Source: Setoptus koraiensis
Lineage: Eukaryota; Animalia; Arthropoda
Direction of reading: 5' to 3'
Length of the DNA: 64,000 bases
NCBI GenBank assembly: GCA_048013815.1
Contig: CM106585.1
Coordinates: 18,104,001 to 18,168,000 of the forward strand
A program made the translations under genes and the position numbers. Positions 39,690 through 52,035 of this stretch are shown piece by piece; positions within the stretch are counted from its first letter, which is position 1; each line of letters opens with the position of its first letter. The notes beneath the pieces are model-generated. The model had not been told where the DNA came from. It saw only the letters and a program-made list of their open reading frames with translations, and ran no database searches.

Positions 39690-41782
39690 GCGAAACAAAA
39701 GTGGACGACGGCATTGAAGGTCTCAATTTAAATTTGAGTAACATTCGCGAAAGATTTGAGCAACAAGCTAACGAGTCTCAGCAACATCAAAAAACATCAA
39801 CGCCAATCATTGATAAGCCCTCTATTAATATTAAACAGACCCTAGCAAATTTCGATTTAAAATTACAACACCAGAACTCATTTGATAACAGCAGCAACAG
39901 CCAAACAGGCGCAGCAGGAATGCCATCGACCACGCCAACTATGGTGCATCGTTCAGGATCGTTGATGATGCGATTAAAGAAATACGAATCTGTTATATTG
40001 GGCGAAAAGAACGACGATGATTCTAGCGACGACGATTCTGTTACTTTGGACAAAAGCAACAATGACAACAACGGGACAGACTCACAATCGCGCAACAACA
40101 GCACCGATGTCGCAAGCGTTGATCTGTCGTCATTGAAACAAAAATGGGAATCTGGCCACGTCAATAAGAATGGCAAAGACAGCCTATCCCATGAGCACAA
40201 GGAGGAACTAAGCAAGGTGCGACAAAGTTTGGCACTTGGACGCAATCAATCTGCTAAGAATATATACGAGAAGGCCGTCAAGGAGGCCGTATCAACAAAA
40301 CCGTTAAAGTCCGATTCTGTTGTATTGAATTTCCCAAGCAAAGCCAATTCGTTGAAGGAAAAATTCGAACTGGGTCTAGTCAACGATACAGGCGATAGTG
40401 ACAATGATGAACCGACAAAATTAGATCAATTGCGTCAGGAAAAAATGAATGATCTTAGTGTGTTTGATGAAGGAGAAATTAGCGCGCGCGAAGCACGCAA
40501 TCTATTTAAGCAAATAGACAGACGACTGTCGTCTGCTTCCCAAAAACAACAAAACAGCTCGTTTGATGGCACAAGTCTACCAAACAGCAATAACGAAACT
40601 AACGGTTATCAGAGCCTCGGCTCCAAAGGAGCTCTTATCAATGGTACAGTCACTGCGGCAGCGCGACGACGATTCGAGCGACAACCGGTAAGATGCAACA
40701 CGGTGGCCGATATTGGTGACAATAGCGAGCCAATTGAGGTGGTCAAATGTAGTCAACCAGGCGCCAAGGAGGACATCTCCGTGGAAACAACTAGACTTAG
40801 GGAGAAGTTTAACTTTTTTGAAAATTATCGCGAGGAGCCAAAGACACCTAGAAGATTCGAGATGACACCCCCGCGAGAGATTGTAGCCAACGGTCGTAAA
40901 TATAGCACAGTTACCAACAGCGACACATCAGATGAAGAGGACAATAACAACAACACCAACAACAACAATATTAACGGTTCCCTAACTAACGGCGGTGCCC
41001 CTTGCACTATGATCAGGTCGTCACGTAAATCATCAGGCAACAGGTTAGCTAATGGTCATCATATCAATGGTATAGTTGTTGATAGTAATAATAATAGTAA
41101 TACAGACAACAATACAGACAATGATGGCATAATCAAATGTAGCATAACTAGCAAATTGGACGATGTTCCCAAGACAGATACAACTCGTCGAATGTTGGAC
41201 AAATTTAAGCAACTAGAAGAGAACAAAAATAACAATACTAACAGCACCGTTAACAACAACAATAGTACGAATCAACCCATCTACATCGGTAATATACATA
41301 CAAATATCAATTTGATAAAACAAAATCTTTTATCGCCCGCCTCTGTAGAGCCATCATCAAAAGATGGTGGAAGACCTTGCTTAAAGCGCATAACTCCACC
41401 AAGAGAATATACTCTGGATAATGATAGCAGTGATGATGAGGATAGTGATATTCAGCAACGCGATCCAAATATAATTAGATGCGCCGATAAGCTGGATGAT
41501 CAGATACAAGTAGAGCCAGAGAAGGCCAGAAGTTTGAGAATGAAGTTTGAAAATTGGGCAGCCAATCAAACGTCCTTGGATAATGATGACAACAACAACA
41601 ATATCAATGGCTACGATGGAAAAGCTGGCGATGATCAACAATTCGTGCCATCAGTTGATACGACGCGCAATCTGAAGGCTAAATTCGAGGCCATCGGTAG
41701 AGAGGAAAATATACGGCCAGTAACTATACCAAGACCACAGGCCAGAGTCAACAGATTCGTGGTCAAAGATATGGCCGAGTGA
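39690..41782 (+). CDS. LIM-domain protein, large 3' exon with multiple EPLIN/Xin-like short actin-binding-type motifs
   Basis: About 2.1 kb open frame. The phase-1 acceptor AAAG|GC at 39689/39690 is compatible with the exon-3 donor. Repeated motifs NIRERFE, SLKQKWE, SLKEKFE, RLREKFNFFE, RRMLDKFKQLE, RSLRMKFE, RNLKAKFE, plus ITPPRE/MTPPRE and a terminal RVNRFV, are typical of invertebrate LIMA1/XIRP2-like proteins. The exact acceptor and any intervening exons are uncertain. Confidence 0.82.
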
Positions 41783-42243
41783 TACAAAAGTTCTCGTTAG
41801 AGTTTCTTTCTTTCATAGGGCAACTCTTGTCCTAGTATGTATAAATATTATTGATAGTTAGATAAGAGTTAAATATGAGGCAACTAAACGAGAAAAAAAT
41901 ACCCGATGATGATTAATAATGATAGAAGAGAAAATGAGAAAGTCCGCTGCATGTCTAATGCAGAGACGTCCCGGCCCGAGAGATTAGTCGCTAGGCCTCT
42001 AAAAGAAAAGGACCCCCCCCCCTTTCGAAAGGAACTACTTTAGAAATTGCATTATTATTATTGTCACGACACAGTCAATTTATATATTCAGAATAGAGCA
42101 GTTTTATTAAAAATATATATAGGAAGCTCTCGTCACATCAAGTCTATATATGTATAAAATATATGGATACAACGAGAATTAACTGTACCCATAATATATA
42201 TGGTCATTACTATTGCTATCCTCATCATCGTCACCACATGTTC

Positions 42244-42615
42244 TTATCTACCATTACTACTGCTATTATTATTATTATTATTATTATTACCCTTATTATC
42301 CAGGTGTATGTAAATGTGAATATCATTCTTGCTCGGAAACTGTAACGTACTTAAAGCATCACAATAACTATCATCGCTGCTACAACTATCGCTTAAACCA
42401 TAGTCATTGTTGCTACCGTTATTTACACTTGTATCGTTACCACTGTCTAGACTAGTATCTTTTGTTGTGTGATTATGAAATGAAGGATGCGGACTATAGG
42501 GCGGCCAATCTAGTGATGTATCTAATGTTTTTAAATACTGTAACTTATCCATGATCCTTCCAAATTCTGCAGCAATAAATTTTATCTCTTCCTTGCAAAA
42601 ATCAACTCCGTCCAT
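42244..42615 (-). CDS. Putative small orphan protein (123 aa): N-terminal amphipathic helix followed by a D/S/N-rich disordered tail
   Basis: ATG in good context (ACAATGG); natural-looking codons in the 5' two-thirds (MDGVDFCKEEIKFIAAEFGRIMDKLQYLK); 3' end degenerates into (AAT)n. No family recognised. Confidence 0.42.
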   Translation of the reverse strand: MDGVDFCKEEIKFIAAEFGRIMDKLQYLKTLDTSLDWPPYSPHPSFHNHTTKDTSLDSGNDTSVNNGSNNDYGLSDSCSSDDSYCDALSTLQFPSKNDIHIYIHLDNKGNNNNNNNNSSSNGR

Positions 42616-42662
42616 TGTAGTAGAGTGTGTGAATTATTTGTTGTTGAACGATTGTTGTCCGT

Positions 42663-42747
42663 TGTCGTGTAAGTTGTAGTTGGGTGTCGTATGAGTTGTA
42701 GTTGGGTGTCGTGTAAGTTGTAGTCGGTTGTCGTGTAAGTTGTTGTC
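42663..42747 (+). repeat. 22-nt tandem repeat, about 4 copies (TGTCGTGTAAGTTGTAGTTGGG)
   Basis: Units start at 42663, 42685, 42707 and 42729. Confidence 0.88.
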
Positions 42748-43377
42748 AAATAGAGTTGTCAAAATGGATATTAATAACAATGATCAGTGTGATCGTTACA
42801 GTCAAGAGGGGGACTCTAATGGTTTGCCAGAGAAATTTACACTGTCGTGTGTTTACTGTTTATATGGTGTTGAATATGTTTACAATAAACAGAGAAGTCG
42901 TTGTGAATACAGAGAGCGGCAATGTTTGAAAGTGAATCACTCGGATGAATATCGCTACCCATTGTGCACTAAATTAGTGCCACTAATCCTTTGCTGTGCA
43001 CCACAGTACTGCAATACCGCGGTACTGCAGTATAACTCATTCAGTACGTGCAATACCAGTTGATATTCATGATTCATGAATATTAAAATTTGAATAAACC
43101 GCCAGTGCACAATGTCACAGATTGTCATATTTCAATGCTACTGTGATGCTACACTATTGTAGTATTGCCAATACTGCATATTGATAATGATAACGTTATT
43201 TGTACTGAAGTGTTATTAATTAGCATACTTGTCGTATATTTTCAACCGTTGAACTTCAACGTACTGATGATACATCAAGACATACTATAATAATATTAGC
43301 ACAACATTCATTATTTACAACATAATTATCATCATCTCCTCATCATTCCATTGCCTATATAGCCTATCTGCAATGGA

Positions 43378-44757
43378 ATGATTGGGGGGTCATCACCAAC
43401 GGAGGAAGACACGATGGAGACACAGGATGAATCGGAACAAGAGAAAAGATTCGACACTATAGTTAGGAATTATTTAATATACTTTGCAATATTAATAGCT
43501 CTCTATCGTTCGGCCTACACCATCATATCTGTATTTAGTAAGAGACGCAAAATTCCCACCTCGTCCAAGATTGTTGCCAGGCGCTTAGATGAGGACGAGG
43601 ATATGCTCGTCTATAGGATCTCAACATGGCTTTGCGCTTTCACATTGGCCATATCTATTGGGGCCGCCTCACTATTACCATTGTCTATATTAACCAACGA
43701 GGTCCTAGGTGACACCAACGCCAGTACCACTACAACCACAACTACTACTGCTGATTCCTCCTCATCATCATCGATATCATCCTCAGTCAACTACCAGAAT
43801 GGCCCTGGTCACACGTCATCTATTACGTGGTTCATCAATGGTCTGTGGAGTTATGTGTTCCTATTCTCAAATATATCCCTATTTGTCTTATTACCATTCG
43901 CCTATTTCTTCACAGAATCAGAGGGATTCTCAGGCTCAAAACGAGGCATTTGGGCCAGGTTACGCGAAACATTTGTACTACTTATTTTAGTGTCTATATT
44001 GGTGTTAAGTATGACATACTTAGTTTGTTGTCTATTTGTTGGTATTGGCTGCCATCTAGGCACTCTGCCCATATTCTCCATCTGGCAATACTTACCATTT
44101 TTATACTCATGTATATCATTTATGGGCGTATTATTATTACTATTATGTACGCCGCGTGGTATCTCACATTTATTTACCGTTTTTAATCAGATGGACACTA
44201 TACAATCTAGGAATCTATATTATGCTACTGGTATGATAATATTATTAATATTGACTGGATCATCCATGTTATTAGTGTTGGAAAATACATTGAAGTTATT
44301 AGTCGGAATCAAAGCATTACCAAAGACAGCCATGTCATCTACAATAGTACAAATCAAATCGTTGTCTAAAATGGGCCCATTTGGTGCAACGATAGAAATT
44401 GTCCTAGTTTTATATCTGTGGTGCGCCTCTCTAGTTGGATTATATAACCTACCAGGTTTTTGTTGTTTACGTCCTAAAAGGCAGAACACATCTTTCAATC
44501 AGATAATAGGAAATTGCGCCATATTGTGCCTACTCAGTTCGGCATTGCCATTAATAGCTAGAACATTAGGAATAACAAATTTCGATTTATTAGCCGACTT
44601 TGGACGCGTTGAGTGGCTAGGAAACTTTTATGTCGTTTTATCATACAATCTGGTGTTCCTAGTTACAACAGCACTATTGTTAATACAACATCCGAGAAAA
44701 TACTTCACATTTACTAGTGTTGGCAAGCAAATTAATGAAAGCATTAAACAGAAGTAA
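43378..44757 (+). CDS. LMBR1: LMBR1/LMBR1L (limb region 1, Lilipod) family multi-pass membrane protein, intronless, 459 aa
   Basis: Family motifs YRISTWLCAFTLAISIGAASLLPLSILTNE, GLWSYVFLFSNISLFVLLPFAYFFTESEGFSG, LPFLYSCISFMGVLLLLLCTP, IIGNCAILCLLSSALPLIARTLGITNFDLLADFGR and WLGNFYVVLSYN; about 9 hydrophobic segments. Confidence 0.94.
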   Translation: MIGGSSPTEEDTMETQDESEQEKRFDTIVRNYLIYFAILIALYRSAYTIISVFSKRRKIPTSSKIVARRLDEDEDMLVYRISTWLCAFTLAISIGAASLLPLSILTNEVLGDTNASTTTTTTTTADSSSSSSISSSVNYQNGPGHTSSITWFINGLWSYVFLFSNISLFVLLPFAYFFTESEGFSGSKRGIWARLRETFVLLILVSILVLSMTYLVCCLFVGIGCHLGTLPIFSIWQYLPFLYSCISFMGVLLLLLCTPRGISHLFTVFNQMDTIQSRNLYYATGMIILLILTGSSMLLVLENTLKLLVGIKALPKTAMSSTIVQIKSLSKMGPFGATIEIVLVLYLWCASLVGLYNLPGFCCLRPKRQNTSFNQIIGNCAILCLLSSALPLIARTLGITNFDLLADFGRVEWLGNFYVVLSYNLVFLVTTALLLIQHPRKYFTFTSVGKQINESIKQK

Positions 44758-46635
44758 AGAAGAATACTCTTTTATTTTTACTAAATCATCTTGAATCTCT
44801 TGCACCGCCATCATCACTATACTCTGCAGTTATAAGCGAAAAAAGCAATCGCCTAAATTATAGATCTAGGGTCCATCTACTACTACCACCGCTACTATTA
44901 CTGATGGAATTGCCCATAGTATGTCTCTCATGTGCATAAACAAGCTTGAGTTGCCACTTGTCTACTCCTACTACAACACTCTTATGTCGATAAGTGATTA
45001 CGTGCTACTTGAGCTAAGATGGCCAGTGTCCGTTCGATGACCGTGATGATTATACTAATTGTTTTACAAGTGAATGGCGATGGTGATGGAACAAAAACGA
45101 ATATACACAAGTCTCGCAGCTCATTGTAATTCAAAAAGTAATTCACCCCAAATTGGACATCAATTTGACCCTCGGGTAGGCAGACATTGGTCACAGAGAT
45201 GGCGCGTTTGTGATGGTATCAACAGACAACCTCGGGCTCGTTATAAATTAGTAAATCAATCGATCATACTGTTCGAGTAGCGTCACGACCCAATCGTGTT
45301 TGGTCTGTGCAGCGCGCGAAAGTATTACATAATAATTTCTGTCGGTTGGCGCCGTAGCCGCTTCATTACAATATGCTCGTCCTCTTTATTTACTTACTTA
45401 TGTGCTTCTTTTCTTTTCGTCTTTCTCTCTTGTTTGTTCCAAGCCAAGATGTAATTCGTACTTTCATGGTGATAATCGTATAAAGGAGCGTATCACCATG
45501 TACAGACAGTACACCGCTACCACAACTGCCTCTAGTGCCGCCACCAACAACAAGCAGAGTGATGAATGCTATGGGCAGAGCAAATCATTTTCATGCATAT
45601 TGATGAAAGCATAATAATCGTAATAGTTTTTTGCCTCTATGTTGTTCTATTTCACTTTCAATCGACCTCTATTATTCCATTAACCCAATGAGATGTATAG
45701 TAACGGTACTTGTGTGCACCCGATGTTCAATAATGTGCCGTTGTTGTTGTTGTTGTTACTGTTGATGGTTGGGATTGGCCACCAACCGCGACCACTTTCT
45801 CGATTGCTTTGATCTAGTGGATAATGGTTGGAGCTCTCTAGTCGCCCACGCCAGTTCATTTTGAAGTGATAGTGATATGAGTGAAGTGGATTGCATGTCC
45901 ATGTTGTTTTCCCTCATCTGATGCCTAATGATGTAGCCACAGCAGCGTCAGTATATAAACATGAGAGAGAGGGGGGGACATGTATGAAAAAAAGTGAACA
46001 CCTCACCATTGTTACCATGATTTTGTGGCCTCCTGTGCCCATTGTCTAATAATGTCACCGTGCCACTCTCTTTGTTGATCGTACCATTATTATCATTATT
46101 CTGCACCATGATTACTATTGTAGCATAGGTACAGAAGCAGCAGCAGCAACAACAACAGCAAAAACAACACAACTAGAGCTGCAGTTCCATTATTTTGTAG
46201 GTAGCTCAATTATAATCTCGCCAGTAGATCGGCGATACACTACTAAAGCGCCAGACTAAATAGCAGGTCGCGGTTGCTATAGAGAGCTGTTGCGATGAGC
46301 AGGTGTTATACACAGGTGAGCAGTTGCAGCAGTTATAGTTTTGTAGTGGGCACGGTGATAAAAGTTATGCAATATAGGAAATGCGATTGCAACAAACACA
46401 CACACACACACACACACATACGGTGGCTTTTGATAGTAAGTAAAGCAATGGACGCGAATAGAATGAGCGCGCTAGAAAATATTTTACGAACTTCGTCCGA
46501 TCTGGTCCGATCCGATCCATCATTTCGTTTTGCTTTAGTCGTAGCCGCCGCTGCTGCTGCTATTTATCGTCACGATACTAATCAGTAGGATTGGCATTGA
46601 GGTTGGTGTCGCATTAGAACTGACTGTCGCATTCG

Positions 46636-46694
46636 ATTCGGCCGCGTTCTATTCGGCCGCGTTCTATTCGGCCGCGTTCTATTTGGCCGCGTTC
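46636..46694 (+). repeat. 15-nt tandem repeat x4 (ATTCGGCCGCGTTCT)
   Basis: Units at 46636, 46651, 46666 and 46681. Confidence 0.9.
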
Positions 46695-47685
46695 GGGGCG
46701 GCCGCATTGGATTTGGCGCGGCACACCAATTTGGCCGTTGCCACTGAGACGTAATTAGCACACCAATGATATTTGCTGTTAATTATGTCAGTACAATGAG
46801 TCAAATGAGGCGAGCATGCTGTCGCGTGGCCTCATGCGGTTTACTGCACGGCGCGCCACGTACCTGGTGTCGTGCACTGCGATAGCTAGAAACGATAACT
46901 GTAGAAACACACACATAAATATTTGTATATATCTGTGTGGGGAGTGATTTTTGACAACAGGCACTTCTTGAAATATTTAATATTGATGACGATATATTAA
47001 TGACGATACACTAATGACAAATACAACATTGTCAACTATGCACCGCGTGCCACACGATTTTACCTGGCGCGCACAGGTGAGGGCCAGGCGGAGCAGAGGG
47101 ACAGCTGATGGTCGAGGGCAATGCTGCGTGCCTTTCTAATCTTGTGGTTCTATACACACATATATACAACACAAAGTCAGCCTGCCTAGCATGCCTGCTA
47201 CACGTTGTACGTGCCACGAGCCGGTCCAGAAAGAGACAGCAGCAGCAGCAGGGCATTAGATCGTTAGGTAAGTAGCGAGCTTTTGGCCCGCGAGTTCATT
47301 TTTGTCAGTGTGACTCTCGAGTTTGTTGCCTCAGTGTTGAGCTGATGGCGTGCTGAATGAAGACAACGACTGGCAAACAATGACAACAACAACAGCGGCA
47401 GCAACAACAACAAAAGTCAAAAGTCATCACAGTCAGCACGCGCTGCACGCCAACACTCTTTTGGCACACTGGCCAGGTTGGCCCCTGCATGCGAGCATAG
47501 AGACACGGCCACTGGTGGTGCTGGTGGAAGTTGCAGTAGGTGGGTGTCAGTTGGTCAGTTGTTTGCGCGTGCCACTCGTGTCCCATTAATTAATCACCGC
47601 TCGCATGGAATTGAGCACCAGCAGCTAGCAGCAGTTGTCGTTGGGGCGAGTTCGCTCACCTCCTGTTGCTGGCACGTCTGCTGCC

Positions 47686-47775
47686 GGCCACTTGGGCCAC
47701 TTGGGCCACTTGGGCCAACAGCTATCGGCCACCAGCTATCGGCCAACAGCTATCGGCCACCAGCTATCGGCCACC
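47686..47775 (+). repeat. Composite tandem array: (GGCCACTTG)x3 then (GGCCA[A/C]CAGCTATC)x4
   Basis: Directly visible; both unit types begin GGCCA. Confidence 0.9.
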
Positions 47776-50700
47776 AGGTAAAATTGGCTCGTGTCGATGT
47801 GTGTGCGTGTGTGTCGTCGTCCACTGGCGCACATGACACTGTCCACTGCTGGCCGACACCGACCAATGGACTGTTGCCAGTCTGTCCAGTCGTAGCCTGG
47901 CCATTCTGCAAATCTCATGTTTGGCCGCATGTATGGTTACATTGAAATCACTATCATTAATACGTTGTTGCGGGCCAATCGTGGCCGCCGTCGTTTGGCC
48001 TCGACCATGATTCATGGGTCACAATTTTAAATGGCAACGATGCGATACTGCGATATTGGCGGCGAGCGGCAGCCAGCAACGAGACCAAAAGTAAAAGTAA
48101 AATCAACACCGACACAATCGGCACGCGCTATCTCGTGTCATGATTATGCCATCATTGGTCATCATAGGTCAGCCAATTCGCCGATCTCGAACATATTGAG
48201 CGTGTGGATAAGTCGGCCGGCAATCACATGTCATGATCGCGTAGGCACCACCTACGGCAATCAATGATAATGACTGTTGCCGGCCCGGCACGGTGCTGCG
48301 CCGGCCCATTTGCTCGTCCTGCGGCCCGCTCTCCAATCCGAACCGAACCGAACCGCGCCGCGCCGACCCAATCTGATCCGACTGACAATTGTCCGCGCCG
48401 ACACAATTGTGCAACTGGCTGCACTAATAATAGCCCCGGCCGATAATAGCAACCATGGAAACCACCGCGCCGGTGCCGATGGCCCGTGCATTGGCGCGGC
48501 GGCCAAGATGTGCGCCTGTTGTGGCGGCCTGACGCGCCTCACTGGCCAACAAACAGCATCTCGCTGTCAGCCGCGTTTGGCCGCATTAATGCATGCACTT
48601 TGGTGAGTAGGTAGCAACCGTAGCGAGGCATTTGCCAGCAAAAAAAAATGAATTTGCCAGCAAGAGATTTGTTGGCGCTACGTGGTTAGCACCAGTAGCA
48701 CGCGGTACGTGGCTGCCGGCGCGCGGCTAATGAGCGCCGCTGCCGTTGTGCAATCAGCTGAGCTTGTGTGTTTGATAAGCGCTGATAAAACTCGAGTTAA
48801 GTGGTGATTTTCTTTGTTTGGTCCATGATGTATTTGTGTGCCAGTGGCAGCGCTGGAACTGAAATTGCGATTGCCGGCAGTGGCGTTTGCGTCACAAGAA
48901 ACAGATACAATTGTGCGCGCCGCGCGCCTTTTATTTGACTTGAGTCAGTGCTGGCGGGCAGCAGCAGCCGCTTGGGCATGCAAATGCGCCCACGCGCACT
49001 CAATTCGCCAGGCCGGCCCCGTCGACCGCATCGACCGAGTGCGGCCACGGGCTGGCCCACGAAAGCGGGCCCAGACGGCGCTGCCAACGGCGACGCGCGC
49101 GCGCCAACGCAAACACGCGCAAACACGCGCAACCGAGTAACAAGTAAGCGCCGTGCAAGCCGATGCAAGCCGCAGCGGCCGCGCTGGCGCAAGCTCGTGC
49201 AAGCTGGCCAGCAATTGAACGTGTTGCCGCGAGCCGCGTCGCCTGCTGACTCGGGAGTGCTGAGTGGCGCATGCAAACTGCGACAGTGGCAGCGACGGCC
49301 AAATGGGCAGTTGGCGGTTGTTAGTTAAAAGTTGTTAGTCGGTGGCGTGTTTGTTGCAACAAAAAGAGATTTGGCCCGGTGTGTGTCAAGCCTGAGCGAG
49401 CACAGGATGCTACCGGCGCGGCCCCTGATGCAGGCGGCCCCTGTGCCGCTGCGCGCCAGCCAGGCCCGGCACCGACTCAGGTAGCGAGTGAGCAACTTTG
49501 CCCGAGTGGTCGCATATTTATTTATACGCACATTTTTACATTTGCATGCGCTCTGCTCGGTGCCTGCTCTGCTCGGTGCCGGGGCCCGCTGAATTTGCGT
49601 TTGGCCGCGCCGGGGACACACAGCGAGTGCTGTGGCCGCACTGCCGGCCATAGTCGCCTAATGATCGAGCCGATTCGCGCGTGCCTCTCGGGCCGCAATC
49701 GTCGCGCGGGCCTTATCACGTGCAAGCGATCTGGCCGGGCCGCTTCTGTTCGCGCGCGCTGGCCACTGTGCAACCGGCGCGCACAACGACGCTGGTCGAT
49801 TGAGACGCACAACCTATATGTGTCTGGTGTTTGCGAATGGCGCGCCAGTACGCTATAACACGCGCACCAGCTTGACGGCGCGCTCACTTGACCAGTGTAT
49901 ATATGTGCTGTAACACAGTGAGCCAGGTGAGCAGCGGCCCAGTGCTCAGCTGCACCGCTGCGGCCAATCTGTGCCGCTGCGGGCGAACTGCGCCGCGCCA
50001 AGCCCCGCCGCCGCGCGCGCCCAGTCACAGGTCAAGCGGCCGGCCGATGGGGTGCGCGCGCGTGCCTTGTGCCGACCGCCGAGTTGCCGAGTTGCTTGCC
50101 GAGTTGCATCATCTGACCATTTGGCGGCACACGCACACACACACACACACACACGGTTGCACGATGCGCGTGCACGCACATGCACGCCCGCGCTAATAAG
50201 TCACGATGACCGCCTAGACTATATACGGCCGTGTGCGGCCACATGCCGTAGATTATAGATATAACAAGTGGCCATGACCACTTGTTATATGCACACGGGC
50301 CAATTAGCCCAGCACTGCCAGTGTTGTCTTGTTGCGCAACGCGACTGCTGTCGCCGGCTGCGAGAGGCTGCATTAACAATTGTGTGTCCGGCCAATGTTA
50401 TGAACGGGCCGCACTAGCACCAGTGTGATTGCGTCATTAGCGACAGTTAACTGGCCAGCCCAGTGGCACTGGCCGAGTGCACACACTGTCTAGCGGGCCC
50501 TAATTAAAGTGACACTCAGCTGATAAAAGACATCTGGTGAGTGAATGGGCGCAATCAGTGAGAGGCCGCAATCGCTGCCGCACACACACACACATGCTCA
50601 TCCGTTGCCTTTGTGGCTCGCAAACTGTGCGGATAAATAATGTGTGCGCTCGCCGGAGTTTAACTAATGAGTGGACATGGGGCCCGATTGAAAAGTGAGT

Positions 50701-51017
50701 CGTTGGCCGTGTAATCCGATGAGGCCAGCAGCCACCACGACAACAACAACAACAACAACGACGACTGTGGCCCGAGGCGAACAACAAACATATTAAACAT
50801 ATAACATATTATCGTTATTGTTATTGCTGGCGGTGCTGTTGTTGTTTGCTTGATACAAGCGGTCTCAATTTGACATTTATAGACTGTCTGTGTTGTGCCG
50901 GGCCCGCTGACGCTGCGCCCAGCCTCGTGCCCAGCGCCGCGCCCAGCGTAGCAACAAATCGGGCCGTAGGGCCGCTTTGTCTTGGCCGGGCCACCGGCGG
51001 CGTCTTGGTTCGGCGTG

Positions 51018-51083
51018 CACTTGCCGCGGTCGGCGGGCACTTGCCGCGGTCGGCCGACACTTGCCGCGGTCGGCGGGCAAGTG
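51018..51083 (+). repeat. 20-nt tandem repeat x3 (CACTTGCCGCGGTCGGCGGG) capped by an inverted CAAGTG
   Basis: Units at 51018, 51038 and 51058; CAAGTG at 51078. Confidence 0.9.
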
Positions 51084-51819
51084 GGCGAGGGTCGAGGGGC
51101 GCCCGACGATGGGCCGAATCACTATTGAGCAAACAAGCGCGCACATGCGACGCAATGGCGCATATGATGTCGGGGCGCACATACGCGCGACGGGACATGG
51201 CGCGCAAGCACAGCATTGATGGCGCAAGCACAGCACATTGTTTGTGTAGGCAAATTGAAATGGCAAGCGTGACCTAGCGCCAAAGATTATCAGTGTATTA
51301 GGCGGGTGATTTATGCAGACGCACACACACACACACACACGCACAGAGATAACAATGCAATGCACCGACCGTGCCATGTTCAGGGCGCCGCGCCGGCGGA
51401 AACACTGCGCACGGGTGACGCATAGCGCCCCCGTAGCACCGGGCAAATCAAATTAGCCCCACTTGCTAGTGTGACGCAACACAGTGATAGCATTAGACGG
51501 GCACGGGGTGGCCGATGTGCAACAATAACAAGGCCCGCCGGTGGTGCGCCGCCTCGTGCATTAGTCGCTGGCGGGCCGGCAATAAGCACGCCATTAGCGG
51601 ACCGAGTTTGCGGTTTGCGCTCCATTTGTGCGTCTTGATTATAAATACTCTCTCTCTTATGTAACAAAGTGACCACTGTTCCGCTCGTTGCTCACAGGCA
51701 CCGCGCGGCACACGCGCACCGCGACCCGAATGGCGCTTTAATGAAGTGCCCCCAATCATCATTCATACGGCACCGATCAGGGCGCCGATCATGCAATCGC
51801 GCCCGGCCCGCCGCGATAC

Positions 51820-51879
51820 GCTCATACCGCGGCTCATACCGCGGCTCATACCGCAGCCCGTACTGCAGCTCATACTGCG
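51820..51879 (+). repeat. 12-nt tandem repeat x5 (GCTCATACCGCG), degenerating 3'
   Basis: Units at 51820, 51832, 51844, 51856 and 51868. Confidence 0.85.
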
Positions 51880-52035
51880 ACTAATGCCGCTGCCCGCAAG
51901 CTCGCACTGCCGCCGTGCGGCGCCCGTTATTGCGTAACGGGCCAGCGCGTGCTCGTGGCCACCGAGCGTCTTGGCGCAGTTTTTTCAATCTGTCGCGGCG
52001 CGCGCTGTCGCAAATAAACACACATGCACATATAT

